Under the pieces are notes generated by a model. That model did not search any database, was not told the DNA's origin, and saw nothing but the letters and a program-made list of their open reading frames with translations. Made by a program: the position numbers and the translations under genes. A stretch of 64,000 bases of DNA from Eledone cirrhosa (lineage: Eukaryota), in NCBI GenBank assembly GCA_964016885.1, contig OZ024753.1, positions 23,312,001 to 23,376,000 of the forward strand, read 5' to 3'. Each line of letters starts with the position of its first letter. Position 1 is the first letter of the stretch. Positions 1-14,900 of this stretch are shown here, piece after piece.

Positions 1-129
1 ATGACAGTCAAAACCTACTCTTTCAATGACAGTCAAAACCCACTCTTCCAATGACAGTCAAAACCTACTCTTTCAATGACAGTCAAAACCCATTCTTTCA
101 ATGACAGTCAAAACCCACTCTTTCAATGT

Positions 130-3100
130 CAGGCAAAACCTACTCTTTCAATGACAGTCAAATCCCACTCTTTCAATCACAGTGTCATAACCCACTCTTT
201 CAATGACAGTCAAAACCCACTATTTCAATGATAATGTCAAACCTACTCTTTCAATGAATGTCAAAACCCACTCTTTCAATGACAATGTCAAAACCTACTC
301 TTTCAATGACAGTCAAAACCCACTCTTTCAATGACAATCAAAACCCACTCTTTCAATGAGAGGCAAAACCCACTCTTTCAATGACAATGTCAAAACCTAT
401 CTTTCAATGACAGTCAAATCCCACTCTTTGAATGACAGTGTCAAAACCCACTCTTTCAATTATAGTCAAAACCCACTCATTCAAGGACAATGTCAACACC
501 CACTATTTCAATGACAATGTCAAAACCTACTCTTTCAATGACAGCCAAAACCTACTCTTTCGATGACAATGTCAAAACCCACTCTTTCAATGACAGTCAA
601 AACACACTCTTTCAATGACAATAAAAACCCACTCTTTAAATGACAGTCAAAACCTACTCTTTCAACGACAATGTCAAAACCCACTCTTTCAATGACAGTC
701 AAAATCCACTCTTTAAATGACAGTCAAAACCCACTCTTTCAATGACAATGTCAAAACCCACTCTTTCAATGACAGTCAAAACCCACTCTTTCAATGACAA
801 TGTCAAAACCCACTCTTTCAATGACAATGTCAAAACCCACTCTTTCAATGACAATCAAAACCCACTCTTTAAATGACAGTCAAAACCCATTCTTTCAATG
901 ACAGTCAAAACCCACTCTTTCAATGTCAGGCAAAACCTACTCTTTCAATGACAGTCAAATCCCACTCTTTCAATCACAGTGTCATAACCCACTCTTTCAA
1001 TGACAGTGAAAACCCACTATTTCAATGATAATGTCAAACCTTCTCTTTCAATGAATGTCAAAACCCACTCTTTCAATGACAATATCAAAGCCTACTCTTT
1101 CTATGACAGTCAAAACCCACTCTTTCAATGACAATCAAAACCAACTCTTTCAATGAGAGGCAAAACCCACTCTTTCAATGACAATGTCAAAACCTATCTT
1201 TCAATGACAGTCAAATCCCACTCTTTGAATGACAGTGTCAAAACCCACTCTTTCAATTACAGTCAACACCCACTCTTTCAATGACAATGTCAACACCCAC
1301 TATTTCAATGACAATGTCAAAACCTACTCTTTTAATGTCAGTCAAACCCACTATTTCAATGACAGTCAAAACACACTCTTTCAATGACAGTCAAAACCCA
1401 CTCTTTCAATGACAATGTTAAAACCCACTCTTTCAATGACAGTGTCAAAACCTACTCTTTCAATGACAGCTAAAACCTACTCTTTCAATGACAATGTCAA
1501 AACCCACTCTTTCAATGACAGTCAAAACCCACTCTTTCAATGACAATAAAAACCCACTCTTTAAATGACAGTCAAAACCTACTCTTTCAATGACAGTCAA
1601 AACCTACTCTTTCAATGACAATGTCAAAACCCACTATTTCAATGACAGTCAAAACCCACTTTTCCAATGACAGTCAAAACCTACTCTTTCAATGACGTTG
1701 TCAAAACCCATTCTTTCAATGACAGTCAAAACCTACTCTTTCAATGACAGCCAAAACCTACTCTTTCAATGACAATGTCAAAACCCTCTCTTTCAATGAC
1801 AATGTCAAAACCTACTCCTTCAATGACAGCCAAAATCTACTCCTTCAATGACAATGTCAAAACCCACTCTTTCAATGACTGTCAAAACACAATCTTTCAA
1901 TGAGAATCAAAACCCACTCTTTAAATGACAGTCAAAACCTACTCTTTCAATGTCAGTCAAACCCACTATTTCAATGACAGTCAAAACACACTCTTTCAAT
2001 GACAGTCAAAACCCACTCTTTCAATGACCGTCAAAACCCACTCTTTCAATGACAGCTAACACCCACTCTTTCATTAACAATGTCAAAACCCACTCTTTCA
2101 ATGACAATGTCAAAACCTACTCTTTCAATGACAGTCAAAACCCACTCTTTCAATGACAGTCAAAACCTACTCTTTCAATGACAGCCAAACCCACTCTTTC
2201 AATGACAGTCAAAACCAACTCTTTCAATAACAATGTTAAAACCCACTCTTTCAATGACAATGTCAAAACCTACTCTTTCAATGACAGCCAAAACCTACTC
2301 TTTCGATGACAATGTCAAAACCCACTCTTTCAATGACAGTCAAAACCCACTCTTTCAATGACAATAAAAACCCACTCTTTAAATGACAGTCAAAACCTAC
2401 TCTTTCAATGACAATGTCAAAACCCACTCTTTCAATGACAGTCAAAACCCACTTTTCCAATGACAGTCAAAACCTACTCTTTCAATGACAATGTCAAAAC
2501 CCACTCTTTAATTGACAGTCAAAACCCACTCTTTCAATGACAATGTCAAAACCCACTCTTTCAATGACAATGTCAAAACCCACTCTTTCAATGACCATGT
2601 CAAAACCCACTCTTTCAATGACAGTCAAAACACAATCTTTCAATGAGAATCAAAACCCACTCTTTAAATGACAGTCAAAACCTACTCTTTCAATGTCAGT
2701 CAAACCCACTATTTCAATAACAGTCAAAACACACTCTTTCAATGACAGTCAAAACCCACTCTTTCAATGACAATGTCAAAACCTACTCTTTCAATGACAG
2801 TCAAAACCCACTCTTTCAATGACAGTTAAAACCTACTCTTTCAATGACAGCCAAACCCACTCTTTCAATGACAGTCAAAACCAACTCTTTCAATGACAAT
2901 GTTAAAACCCACTCTTTCAATGACAATGTCAAAACCTACTCTTTCAATGACAGCCAAAACCTACTCTTTCGATGACAATGTCAAAACCCACTCTTTTACT
3001 GACAGTCAAAACCCACTCTTTCAATGACAATAAAAACCCACTCTTTAAATGACAGTCAAAACCTACTCTTTCAATGACAATGTCAAAACCCACTCTTTCA

Positions 3101-6100
3101 ATGACAGTCAAAACCCACTCTTTCAATGACAGTCAAAACCCACTCTTTCAATGACAATGTCAAAACCCACTCTTTAATTGACAGTCAGAACCCACTCTTT
3201 CAATGACAATGTCAAAACCCACTCTTTCAACGACAATGTCAAAACCTACTCCTTCAATGACAGCCAGAATCTACTCTTTCAATGACAATGTCAAAACCCA
3301 CTCTTTCAATGACAGTGAAAACACACTCTTTCAATGACAATCAAAACCCACTCTTTAAATGACAGTCAAAACCTACTCTTTCAATGACAGCCAAAACCTA
3401 CTCTTTCAATGACAGTCAAATCCCATTCTTTCAATGACAGTCAAAACTCACTCTTTCAATGTCTGGCAAAACCTACTCTTTCAATGACAGTCAAATCCCA
3501 CTCTTTCAATCACAGTATCATAACCCACTCTTTCAATGACAGTCAAAACCCACTATTTCAATGATAATGTCAAACCTACTCTTTCAATGAATGTCAAAAC
3601 CCACTCTTTCAATGACAATGTGAAAACCTACTCTTTCAATGACAGTCAAAACCCACTCTTTCAATGACAATCAAAACCCACTCTTTCAATGAGAGGCAAA
3701 ACCCACTCTTTCAATGACAATGTCAAAACCCACTCTTTCAATTATAGTCAAAACCCACTCTTTCAAGGACAATGTCAACACCCACTATTTCAATGACAAC
3801 GTCAAAACCTACTCTTTCAATGACAGCCAAAACCTACTCTTTCGATGACAATGTCAAAACCCACTCTTTCAATGACAATAAAACCCCACTCTTTAAATGA
3901 CAGTCAAAACCTACTCTTTCAATGACAATGTCAAAACCAACTCTTTCAATGACAGTCAAAACCCACTTCTCCAATGACAGTCAACACCTACTCTTTCAAT
4001 GACAATATCAAAACCCATTCTTTCAATGACAGTCAAAACCCACTCTTTCAATGACAGTCAAAACCCACTCTTTCAATGACAATGTCAAAACCCACTCTTT
4101 CAATGACAGCCAAAATCTACTCTTTCAAAGACAATGTCAAAACACACTCTTTCAATGGCAGTCAAAACCCACTCTTCCAATGACAGTCAAAACCCATTCT
4201 TTCAATGTCAGTCAAAACCCACTGTTTCAATGTCAGGCAAAACCTACTCTTTCAATGACAGTCAAATCCCACTCTTTCAATCACAGTGTCATAACCCACT
4301 CTTTCATTGACAGTCAAAACCCACTATTTCAATGATAATGTCAAACCTACTCTTTCAATGAATGTCAAAACCCACTCTTTCAATGACAATGTCAAAACCT
4401 ACTCTTTCAATGACAGTCAAAACCCACTCTTTCAATGACAATCAAAACCCACTCTTTCAATGAGAGGCAAAACCCACTCTTTCAATGACAATGTCAAAAC
4501 CTATCTTTCAATGACAGTCAAATCCCACTCTTTGAATGACAGTGTCAAAACCCACTCTTTCAATTATAGTCAAAACCCACTCATTCAAGGACAATGTCAA
4601 CACCCACTATTTCAATGACAATGTCAAAACCTACTCTTTCAATGACAGCCAAAACCTACTCTTTCGATGACAATGTCAAAACCCACTCTTTCAATGACAG
4701 TCAAAACACACTCTTTCAATGACAATAAAAACCCACTCTTTAAATGACAGTCAAAACCTACTCTTTCAACGACAATGTCAAAACCCACTCTTTCAATGAC
4801 AGTCAAAATCCACTCTTTAAATGACAGTCAAAACCCACTCTTTCAATGACAATGTCAAAACCCACTCTTTCAATGACAGTCAAAACCCACTCTTTCAATG
4901 ACAATGTCAAAACCCACTCTTACAATGACAATGTCAAAACCCACTCTTTCAATGACAATCAAAACCCACTCTTTAAATGACAGTCAAAACCCATTCTTTC
5001 AATGACAGTCAAAACCCACTCTTTCAATGTCAGGCAAAACCTACTCTTTCAATGACAGTCAAATCCCACTCTTTCAATCACAGTGTCATAACCCACTCTT
5101 TCAATGACAGTGAAAACCCACTATTTCAATGATAATGTCAAACCTTCTCTTTCAATGAATGTCAAAACCCACTCTTTCAATGACAATATCAAAGCCTACT
5201 CTTTCTATGACAGTCAAAACCCACTCTTTCAATGACAATCAAAACCAACTCTTTCAATGAGAGGCAAAACCCACTCTTTCAATGACAATGTCAAAACCTA
5301 TCTTTCAATGACAGTCAAATCCCACTCTTTGAATGACAGTGTCAAAACCCACTCTTTCAATTACAGTCAACACCCACTCTTTCAATGACAATGTCAACAC
5401 CCACTATTTCAATGACAATGTCAAAACCTACTCTTTTAATGTCAGTCAAACCCACTATTTCAATGACAGTCAAAACACACTCTTTCAATGACAGTCAAAA
5501 CCCACTCTTTCAATGACAATGTTAAAACCCACTCTTTCAATGACAGTGTCAAAACCTACTCTTTCAATGACAGCTAAAACCTACTCTTTCAATGACAATG
5601 TCAAAACCCACTCTTTCAATGACAGTCAAAACCCACTCTTTCAATGACAATAAAAACCCACTCTTTAAATGACAGTCAAAACCTACTCTTTCAATGACAG
5701 TCAAAACCTACTCTTTCAATGACAATGTCAAAACCCACTATTTCAATGACAGTCAAAACCCACTTTTCCAATGACAGTCAAAACCTACTCTTTCAATGAC
5801 GTTGTCAAAACCCATTCTTTCAATGACAGTCAAAACCTACTCTTTCAATGACAGCCAAAACCTACTCTTTCAATGACAATGTCAAAACCCTCTCTTTCAA
5901 TGACAATGTCAAAACCTACTCCTTCAATGACAGCCAAAATCTACTCCTTCAATGACAATGTCAAAACCCACTCTTTCAATGACTGTCAAAACACAATCTT
6001 TCAATGAGAATCAAAACCCACTCTTTAAATGACAGTCAAAACCTACTCTTTCAATGTCAGTCAAACCCACTATTTCAATGACAGTCAAAACACACTCTTT

Positions 6101-9000
6101 CAATGACAGTCAAAACCCACTCTTTCAATGACCGTCAAAACCCACTCTTTCAATGACAGCTAACACCCACTCTTTCATTAACAATGTCAAAACCCACTCT
6201 TTCAATGACAATGTCAAAACCTACTCTTTCAATGACAGTCAAAACCCACTCTTTCAATGACAGTCAAAACCTACTCTTTCAATGACAGTCAAAACCCACT
6301 CTTTCAATGACAATCAAAACCCACTCTTTCAATGAGAGGCAAAACCCACTCTTTCAATGACAATGTCAAAACCCACTCTTTCAATTATAGTCAAAACCCA
6401 CTCTTTCAAGGACAATGTCAACACCCACTATTTCAATGACAACGTCAAAACCTACTCTTTCAATGACAGCCAAAACCTACTCTTTCGATGACAATGTCAA
6501 AACCCACTCTTTCAATGACAATAAAACCCCACTCTTTAAATGACAGTCAAAACCTACTCTTTCAATGACAATGTCAAAACCAACTCTTTCAATGACAGTC
6601 AAAACCCACTTCTCCAATGACAGTCAACACCTACTCTTTCAATGACAATATCAAAACCCATTCTTTCAATGACAGTCAAAACCCACTCTTTCAATGACAG
6701 TCAAAACCCACTCTTTCAATGACAATGTCAAAACCTACTCTTTCAATGACAGTCAAAACCCACTCTTTCAATGACAGTCAAAACCTACTCTTTCAATGAC
6801 AGCCAAACCCACTCTTTCAATGACAGTCAAAACCAACTCTTTCAATAACAATGTTAAAACCCACTCTTTCAATGACAATGTCAAAACCTACTCTTTCAAT
6901 GACAGCCAAAACCTACTCTTTCGATGACAATGTCAAAACCCACTCTTTCAATGACAGTCAAAACCCACTCTTTCAATGACAATAAAAACCCACTCTTTAA
7001 ATGACAGTCAAAACCTACTCTTTCTATGACAATGTCAAAACCCACTCTTTCAATGACAGTCAAAACCCACTTTTCCAATGACAGTCAAAACCTACTCTTT
7101 CAATGACAATGTCAAAACCCACTCTTTAATTGACAGTCAAAACCCACTCTTTCAATGACAATGTCAAAACCCACTCTTTCAATGACAATGTCAAAACCCA
7201 CTCTTTCAATGACCATGTCAAAACCCACTCTTTCAATGACAGTCAAAACACAATCTTTCAATGAGAATCAAAACCCACTCTTTAAATGACAGTCAAAACC
7301 TACTCTTTCAATGTCAGTCAAACCCACTATTTCAATAACAGTCAAAACACACTCTTTCAATGACAGTCAAAACCCACTCTTTCAATGACAATGTCAAAAC
7401 CTACTCTTTCAATGACAGTCAAAACCCACTCTTTCAATGACAGTTAAAACCTACTCTTTCAATGACAGCCAAACCCACTCTTTCAATGACAGTCAAAACC
7501 AACTCTTTCAATGACAATGTTAAAACCCACTCTTTCAATGACAATGTCAAAACCTACTCTTTCAATGACAGCCAAAACCTACTCTTTCGATGACAATGTC
7601 AAAACCCACTCTTTTACTGACAGTCAAAACCCACTCTTTCAATGACAATAAAAACCCACTCTTTAAATGACAGTCAAAACCTACTCTTTCAATGACAATG
7701 TCAAAACCCACTCTTTCAATGACAGTCAAAACCCACTCTTTCAATGACAGTCAAAACCCACTCTTTCAATGACAATGTCAAAACCCACTCTTTAATTGAC
7801 AGTCAGAACCCACTCTTTCAATGACAATGTCAAAACCCACTCTTTCAACGACAATGTCAAAACCTACTCCTTCAATGACAGCCAGAATCTACTCTTTCAA
7901 TGACAATGTCAAAACCCACTCTTTCAATGACAGTGAAAACACACTCTTTCAATGACAATCAAAACCCACTCTTTAAATGACAGTCAAAACCTACTCTTTC
8001 AATGACAGCCAAAACCTACTCTTTCAATGACAGTCAAATCCCATTCTTTCAATGACAGTCAAAACTCACTCTTTCAATGTCTGGCAAAACCTACTCTTTC
8101 AATGACAGTCAAATCCCACTCTTTCAATCACAGTATCATAACCCACTCTTTCAATGACAGTCAAAACCCACTATTTCAATGATAATGTCAAACCTACTCT
8201 TTCAATGAATGTCAAAACCCACTCTTTCAATGACAATGTGAAAACCTACTCTTTCAATGACAGTCAAAACCCACTCTTTCAATGACAATCAAAACCCACT
8301 CTTTCAATGAGAGGCAAAACCCACTCTTTCAATGACAATGTCAAAACCCACTCTTTCAATTATAGTCAAAACCCACTCTTTCAAGGACAATGTCAACACC
8401 CACTATTTCAATGACAACGTCAAAACCTACTCTTTCAATGACAGCCAAAACCTACTCTTTCGATGACAATGTCAAAACCCACTCTTTCAATGACAATAAA
8501 ACCCCACTCTTTAAATGACAGTCAAAACCTACTCTTTCAATGACAATGTCAAAACCCACTCTTTCAATGACAGTCAAAACCCACTTCTCCAATGACAGTC
8601 AACACCTACTCTTTCAATGACAATATCAAAACCCATTCTTTCAATGACAGTCAAAACCCACTCTTTCAATGACAGTCAAAACCCACTCTTTCAATGACAA
8701 TGTCAAAACCCACTCTTTCAATGACAGCCAAAATCTACTCTTTCAATGACAATGTCAAAACACACTCTTTCAATGGCAGTCAAAACCCACTCTTCCAATG
8801 ACAGTCAAAACCCATTCTTTCAATGTCAGTCAAAACCCACTGTTTCAATGTCAGGCAAAACCTACTCTTTCAATGACAGTCAAATCCCACTCTTTCAATC
8901 ACAGTGTCATAACCCACTCTTTCATTGACAGTCAAAACCCACTATTTCAATGATAATGTCAAACCTACTCTTTCAATGAATGTCAAAACCCACTCTTTCA
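130..9000. repeat. Higher-order tandem duplication, unit 4104 bp, second copy expanded to 4618 bp
   Basis: TCATTCAAGG at 477 and 4581, and AATATCAAAGCC at 1081 and 5185 (offset 4104). ORF-track pairs 2278/6896 and 2944/7562, and ACCCACTTCTCC at 3961/8579 (offset 4618). Confidence 0.85.
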
Positions 9001-12000
9001 ATGACAATGTCAAAACCCACTCTTTCAATGACTGTCAAAACACAATCTTTCAATGAGAATCAAAACCCACTCTTTAAATGACAGTCAAAACCTACTCTTT
9101 CAACGTCAGTCAAACCCACTATTTCAATGACAGTCAAAACACACTCTTTCAATGACAGTCAAAACCCACTCTTTCAATGACCGTCAAAACTCACTCTTTC
9201 AATGACAGTCAAAAACCCACTCTTTCAATGACAGCTAACACCCACTCTTTCATTGACAATGTGAAAACCCACACTTTCAATGACAATGTCAAAACCTACT
9301 CTTTCAATGACAGTCAAAACCCACTCTTTCAATGAGAGTCAAAACCTACTCTTTCAATGACAGCCAAACCCACTCTTTCAATGACAGTCAAAACCAACTC
9401 TTTCAATGACAATGTTAAAACCCACTCTTTCAATGACAATGTCAAAACCTACTCTCTCAACGACACCTTCAATGACAGCCAGAATCTACTCTTTCAATGA
9501 CAATGTCAAAACCCACTCTTTCAATGACAGTCAAAACACACTCTTTCAATGACAATCAAAACCCACTCTTTAAATGACAGTCAAAACCTACTCTTTCAAT
9601 GACAGCCAAAACCTACTCTTTCAATGACAATGTCAAAACCCACTCTTTAATTGACAGTCAAAACCCACTCTTTCAATGACAATGTCAAAACCCACTCTTT
9701 CAATGACAATGTCAAAACCTACTCCTTCAATGACAGCCAGAATCTACTCTTTCAATGACAATGTCAAAACCCACTCTTTCAATGATAATGTCAAAACTAC
9801 TCTTTCAATGAATGTCAAAACCCACTCTTTCAATGTCTGGCAAAACCTACTCTTTCAATGACAGTCAAATCCCACTCTTTCAATCACAGTGTCATAACCC
9901 ACTCTTTCAATGACAGTCAAAACCCACTATTTCAATGATAATGTCAAACCTACTCTTTCAATGAATGTCAAAACCCACTCTTTCAATGACAATGTGAAAA
10001 CCTACTCTTTCAATGACAGTCAAAACCCACTCTTTCAATGACAATCAAAACCCACTCTTTCAATGAGAGGCAAAACCCACTCTTTCAATGACAATGTCAA
10101 AACCTATCTTTCAATGACAGTCAAATCCCACTCTTTGAATGACAGTGTCAAAACCCACTCTTTCAATTATAGTCAAAACCCACTCTTTCAAGGACAATGT
10201 CAACACCCACTATTTCAATGACAACGTCAAAACCTACTCTTTTAATGACAGCCAAAACCTACTCTTTCGATGACAATGTCAAAACCCACTCTTTCAATGA
10301 CAATAAAACCCCACTCTTTAAATGACAGTCAAAACCTACTCTTTCAATGACAATGTCAAAAACCACTCTTTCAATGACAGTCAAAACCCACTTCTCCAAT
10401 GACAGTCAACACCTACTCTTTCAATGACAATATCAAAACCCATTCTTTCAATGACAGTCAAAACCCACTCTTTCAATGACAGTCAAAACCCACTCTTTCA
10501 ATGACAATGTCAAAACCCACTCTTTCAATGACAATGTCAAAACCTACTCCTTCAATGACAGCCAAAATCTACTCTTTCAATGACAATGTCAAAACACACT
10601 CTTTCAATGGCAGTCAAAACCCACTCTTCCAATGACAGTCAAAACCTACTCTTTCAATGACAGTCAAAACCCATTCTTTCAATGTCAGTCAAAACCCACT
10701 GTTTCAATGTCAGGCAAAACCTACTCTTTCAATGACAGTCAAATCCCACTCTTTCAATCACAGTGTCATAACCCACTCTTTCATTGACAGTCAAAACCCA
10801 CTATTTCAATGATAATGTCAAACCTACTCTTTCAATGAATGTCAAAACCCACTCTTTCAATGACAATGTCAAAACCCACTCTTTCAATGACAGTCAAAAC
10901 ACAATCTTTCAATGAGAATCAAAACCCACTCTTTAAATGACAGTCAAAACCTACTCTTTCAACGTCAGTCAAACCCACTATTTCAATGACAGTCAAAACA
11001 CACTCTTTCAATGACAGTCAAAACCCACTCTTTCAATGACCGTCAAAACCCACTCTTTCAATGACAGTCAAAAACCCACTCTTTCAATGACAGCTAACAC
11101 CCACTCTTTCATTGACAATGTGAAAACCCACACTTTCAATGACAATGTCAAAACCTACTCTTTCAATGACAGTCAAAACCCACTCTTTCAATGACAGTCA
11201 AAACCTACTCTTTCAATGACAGCCAAACCCACTCTTTCAATGACAGTCAAAACCAACTCTTTCAATGACAATGTTAAAACCCACTCTTTCAATGACAATG
11301 TCAAAACCTACTCTCTCAATGACAGCCAAATCCTACTCTTTCAATGACAGTCAAAACCCACTCTTTCAATGACAATAAAAACCCACTCTTTAAATGACAG
11401 TCAAAACCTACTCTTTCAATGACAATGTCAAAACCCACTCTTTAAATGACAGTCAAAACCCACTTTTCCAATGACAGTCAAAACCTACTCTTTCAATGAC
11501 AATGTCAAAACCTATTCTTTCAATGACAGTCAAAACCCACTCTTTCAATGAAAATGTCAAAACCCACTCTTTAATTGACAGTCAAAACCCACTCTTTCAA
11601 TGACAATGTCAAAACCCACTCTTTCAACGACAATGTCAAAACCTACTCCTTCAATGACAGCCAAAATCTACTCTTTCAATGACAATGTCAAAACCCACTC
11701 TTTCAATGACAGTCAAAACACACTCTTTCAATGACAATCAAAACCCACTATTTAAATGACAGTCAAAACCTACTCTTTCAATGACAGCCAAAACCTACTC
11801 TTTCAATGACAGTCAAAACCTATTCTTTCAATGACAGTCAAAACCCACTCTTTCAATGTCTGGCAAAACCTACTCTTTCAATGACAGTCAAATCCCACTC
11901 TTTCAATCACAGTGACATAACCCACTCTTTCAATGACAGTGAAAACCCACTATTTCAATGATAATGTCAAACCTACTCTTTCAATGAATGTCAAAACCCA

Positions 12001-14900
12001 CTCTTTCAATGACAATGTGAAAACCTACTCTTTCAATGACAGTCAAAACCCACTCTTTCAATGACAATCAAAACCCACTCTTTCAATGAGAGGCAAAACC
12101 AACTCTTTCAATGACAATGTCAAAACCTATCTTTTAATGACAGTCAAATCCCACTCTTTGAATGACAGTGTCAAAACCCACTCTTTCAATTATAGTCAAA
12201 ACCCACTCTTTCAAGGACAACGTCAACACCCACTATTTCAATGACAATTTCAAAACCTACTCTTCCAATGACAGCCAAAACCTACTCTTTCGATGACAAT
12301 GTCAAAACCCACTCTTTCAATGACAATCAAAACCCACTCTTTCAATGAGAATAAAAACCCACTCTTTAAATGACAGTCAAAACCTACTCTTTCAATGACA
12401 ATGTCAAAACCCACTCTTTCAATGACAGTCAAAAACCACTTTTCCAATGACAGTCAAAACCTACTCTTTCAATGACAATATCAAAACCCATTCTTTCAAT
12501 GACAGTCAAAACCCACTCTTTCAATGACAGTCAAAACCCACTCTTTCAATGACAATGTCAAAACCCACTCTTTCAATGACAGTCAAAACCCACTCTTTCA
12601 ATGACAATGTCAAAACCCACTCTTTCAATGACAATGTCAAAACCTACTCCTTCAATGACAGCCAAAATCTACTCTTTCAATGACAATGTCAAAACCCACT
12701 CTTTCAATGACAGTCAAAACACACTCTTTCAATGACAATCAAAACCCACTCTTTCAATGACAGTCAAAACCTACTCTTTCAATGACAGCCAAAACCTCCT
12801 CTTTCAATGACAATGTCAAAACCCACTCTTTCAATGGCAGTCAAAACCCACTCTTCCAATGACAGTCAAAACCTACTCTTTCAATGACAGTCAAAACCCA
12901 TTCTTTCAATGACAGTCAAAACCCACTCTTTCAATGTCAGTCAAACCCACTATTTCAATGACAGTCAAAACACACTCTTTCAATGACAGTCAAAACCCAC
13001 TCTTTCAATGACCGTCAAAACCCACTCTTTCAATGACAGTCAAAAACCCACTCTTTCAATGACAGCTAACACCCACTCTTTCATTGACAATGTGAAAACC
13101 CACACTTTCAATGACAATGTCAAAACCTACTCTTTCAATGACAGTCAAAACCCACTCTTTCAATGACAGTCAAAACCTACTCTTTCAATGACAGCCAAAC
13201 CCACTCTTTCAATGACAGTCAAAACCAACTCTTTCAATGACAATGTTAAAACCCACTCTTTCAATGACAATGTCAAAACCTACTCTCTCAATGACAGCCA
13301 AATCCTACTCTTTCAATGACAGTCAAAACCCACTCTTTCAATGACAATAAAAACCCACTCTTTAAATGACAGTCAAAACCTACTCTTTCAATGACAATGT
13401 CAAAACCCACTCTTTCAATGACAGTCAAAACCCACTTTTCCAATGACAGTCAAAACCTACTCTTTCAATGACAATGTCAAATCCTATTCTTTCAATGACA
13501 GTCAAAACCCACTCTTTCAATGACAATGTCAAAACCCACTCTTTAATTGACAGTCAAAACCCACTCTTTCAACGACAATGTCAAAACCCACTCCTTCAAT
13601 GACAGCCAAAATCTACTCTTTCAATGACAATGTCAAAACCCACTCTTTCAATGACAGTCAAAACACACTCTTTCAATGACAATCAAAACCCACTCTTTAA
13701 ATGACAGTCAAAACCTACTCTTTCAATGACAGCCAAAACCTACTCTTTCAATGACAGTCAAAACCTATTCTTTCAATGACAGTCAAAACCCACTCTTTCA
13801 ATGTCTGGCAAAACCTACTCTTTCAATGACAGTCAAATCCCACTCTTTCAATCACAGTGACATAACCCTCTCTTTCAATGACAGTGAAAACCCACTATTT
13901 CAATGAGAATGTCAAACCTACTCTTTCAATGAATGTCAAAACCCACTCTTTCAATGACAATGTGAAAACCTACTCTTTCAATGACAGTCAAAACCCACTC
14001 TTTCAATGACAATCAAAACCCACTCTTTCAATGAGAGGCAAAACCAACTCTTTCAATGACAATGTCAAAACCTATCTTTCAATGACAGTCAAATCCCTCT
14101 CTTTGAATGACAGTGTAAAAACCCACTCTTTCAATTATAGTCAAAACCCACTCTTTCAAGGACAACGTCAACACCCACTATTTCAATGACAATTTCAAAA
14201 CCTACTCTTCCAATGACAGCCAAAACCTACTCTTTCGATGACAATGTCAAAACCCACTCTTTCAATGACAGTCAAAACCCACTCTTTCAATGAGAATAAA
14301 AACCCACTCTTTAAATGACAGTCAAAACCTACTCTTTCAATGACAATGTCAAAACCCACTCTTTCAATGACACTCAAAAACCACTTTTCCAATGACAGTC
14401 AAAACCTACTCTTTCAATGACAATATCAAAACCCATTCTTTCAATGACAGTCAAAACCCACTCTTTCAATGACAGTCAAAACCCACTCTTTCAATGACAA
14501 TGTCAAAACCCACTCTTTCAATGACAGTCAAAACCCACTCTTTCAATGACAATGTCAAAACCCACTCTTTCAATGACAATGTCAAAACCTACTCCTTCAA
14601 TGACAGCCAAAATCTACTCTTTCAATGACAATGTCAAAACCCACTCTTTCAATGACAGTCAAAACACACTCTTTCAATGACAATCAAAACCCACTCTTTC
14701 AATGACAGTCAAAACCTACTCTTTCGATGACAGCCAAAACCTCCTCTTTCAATGACAATGTCAAAACCCACTCTTTCAATGGCAGTCAAAACCCACTCTT
14801 CCGATGTCAGTCAAAACCTACTCTTTCAATGACAGTCAAAACCCATTCTTTCAATGACAGTCAAAACCCACTCTTTCAATGTCAGGCAAAACCTACTCTT
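9000..14900. repeat. Imperfect ~1.9-kb higher-order repeat, about 3 copies
   Basis: ATTGACAATGTGAAAACCCACACTTTC at 9252, 11111 and 13083 (offsets 1859, 1972). CAACGTCAGT at 9101/10960. ORF pair 12250/14195 (offset 1945). Confidence 0.7.
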
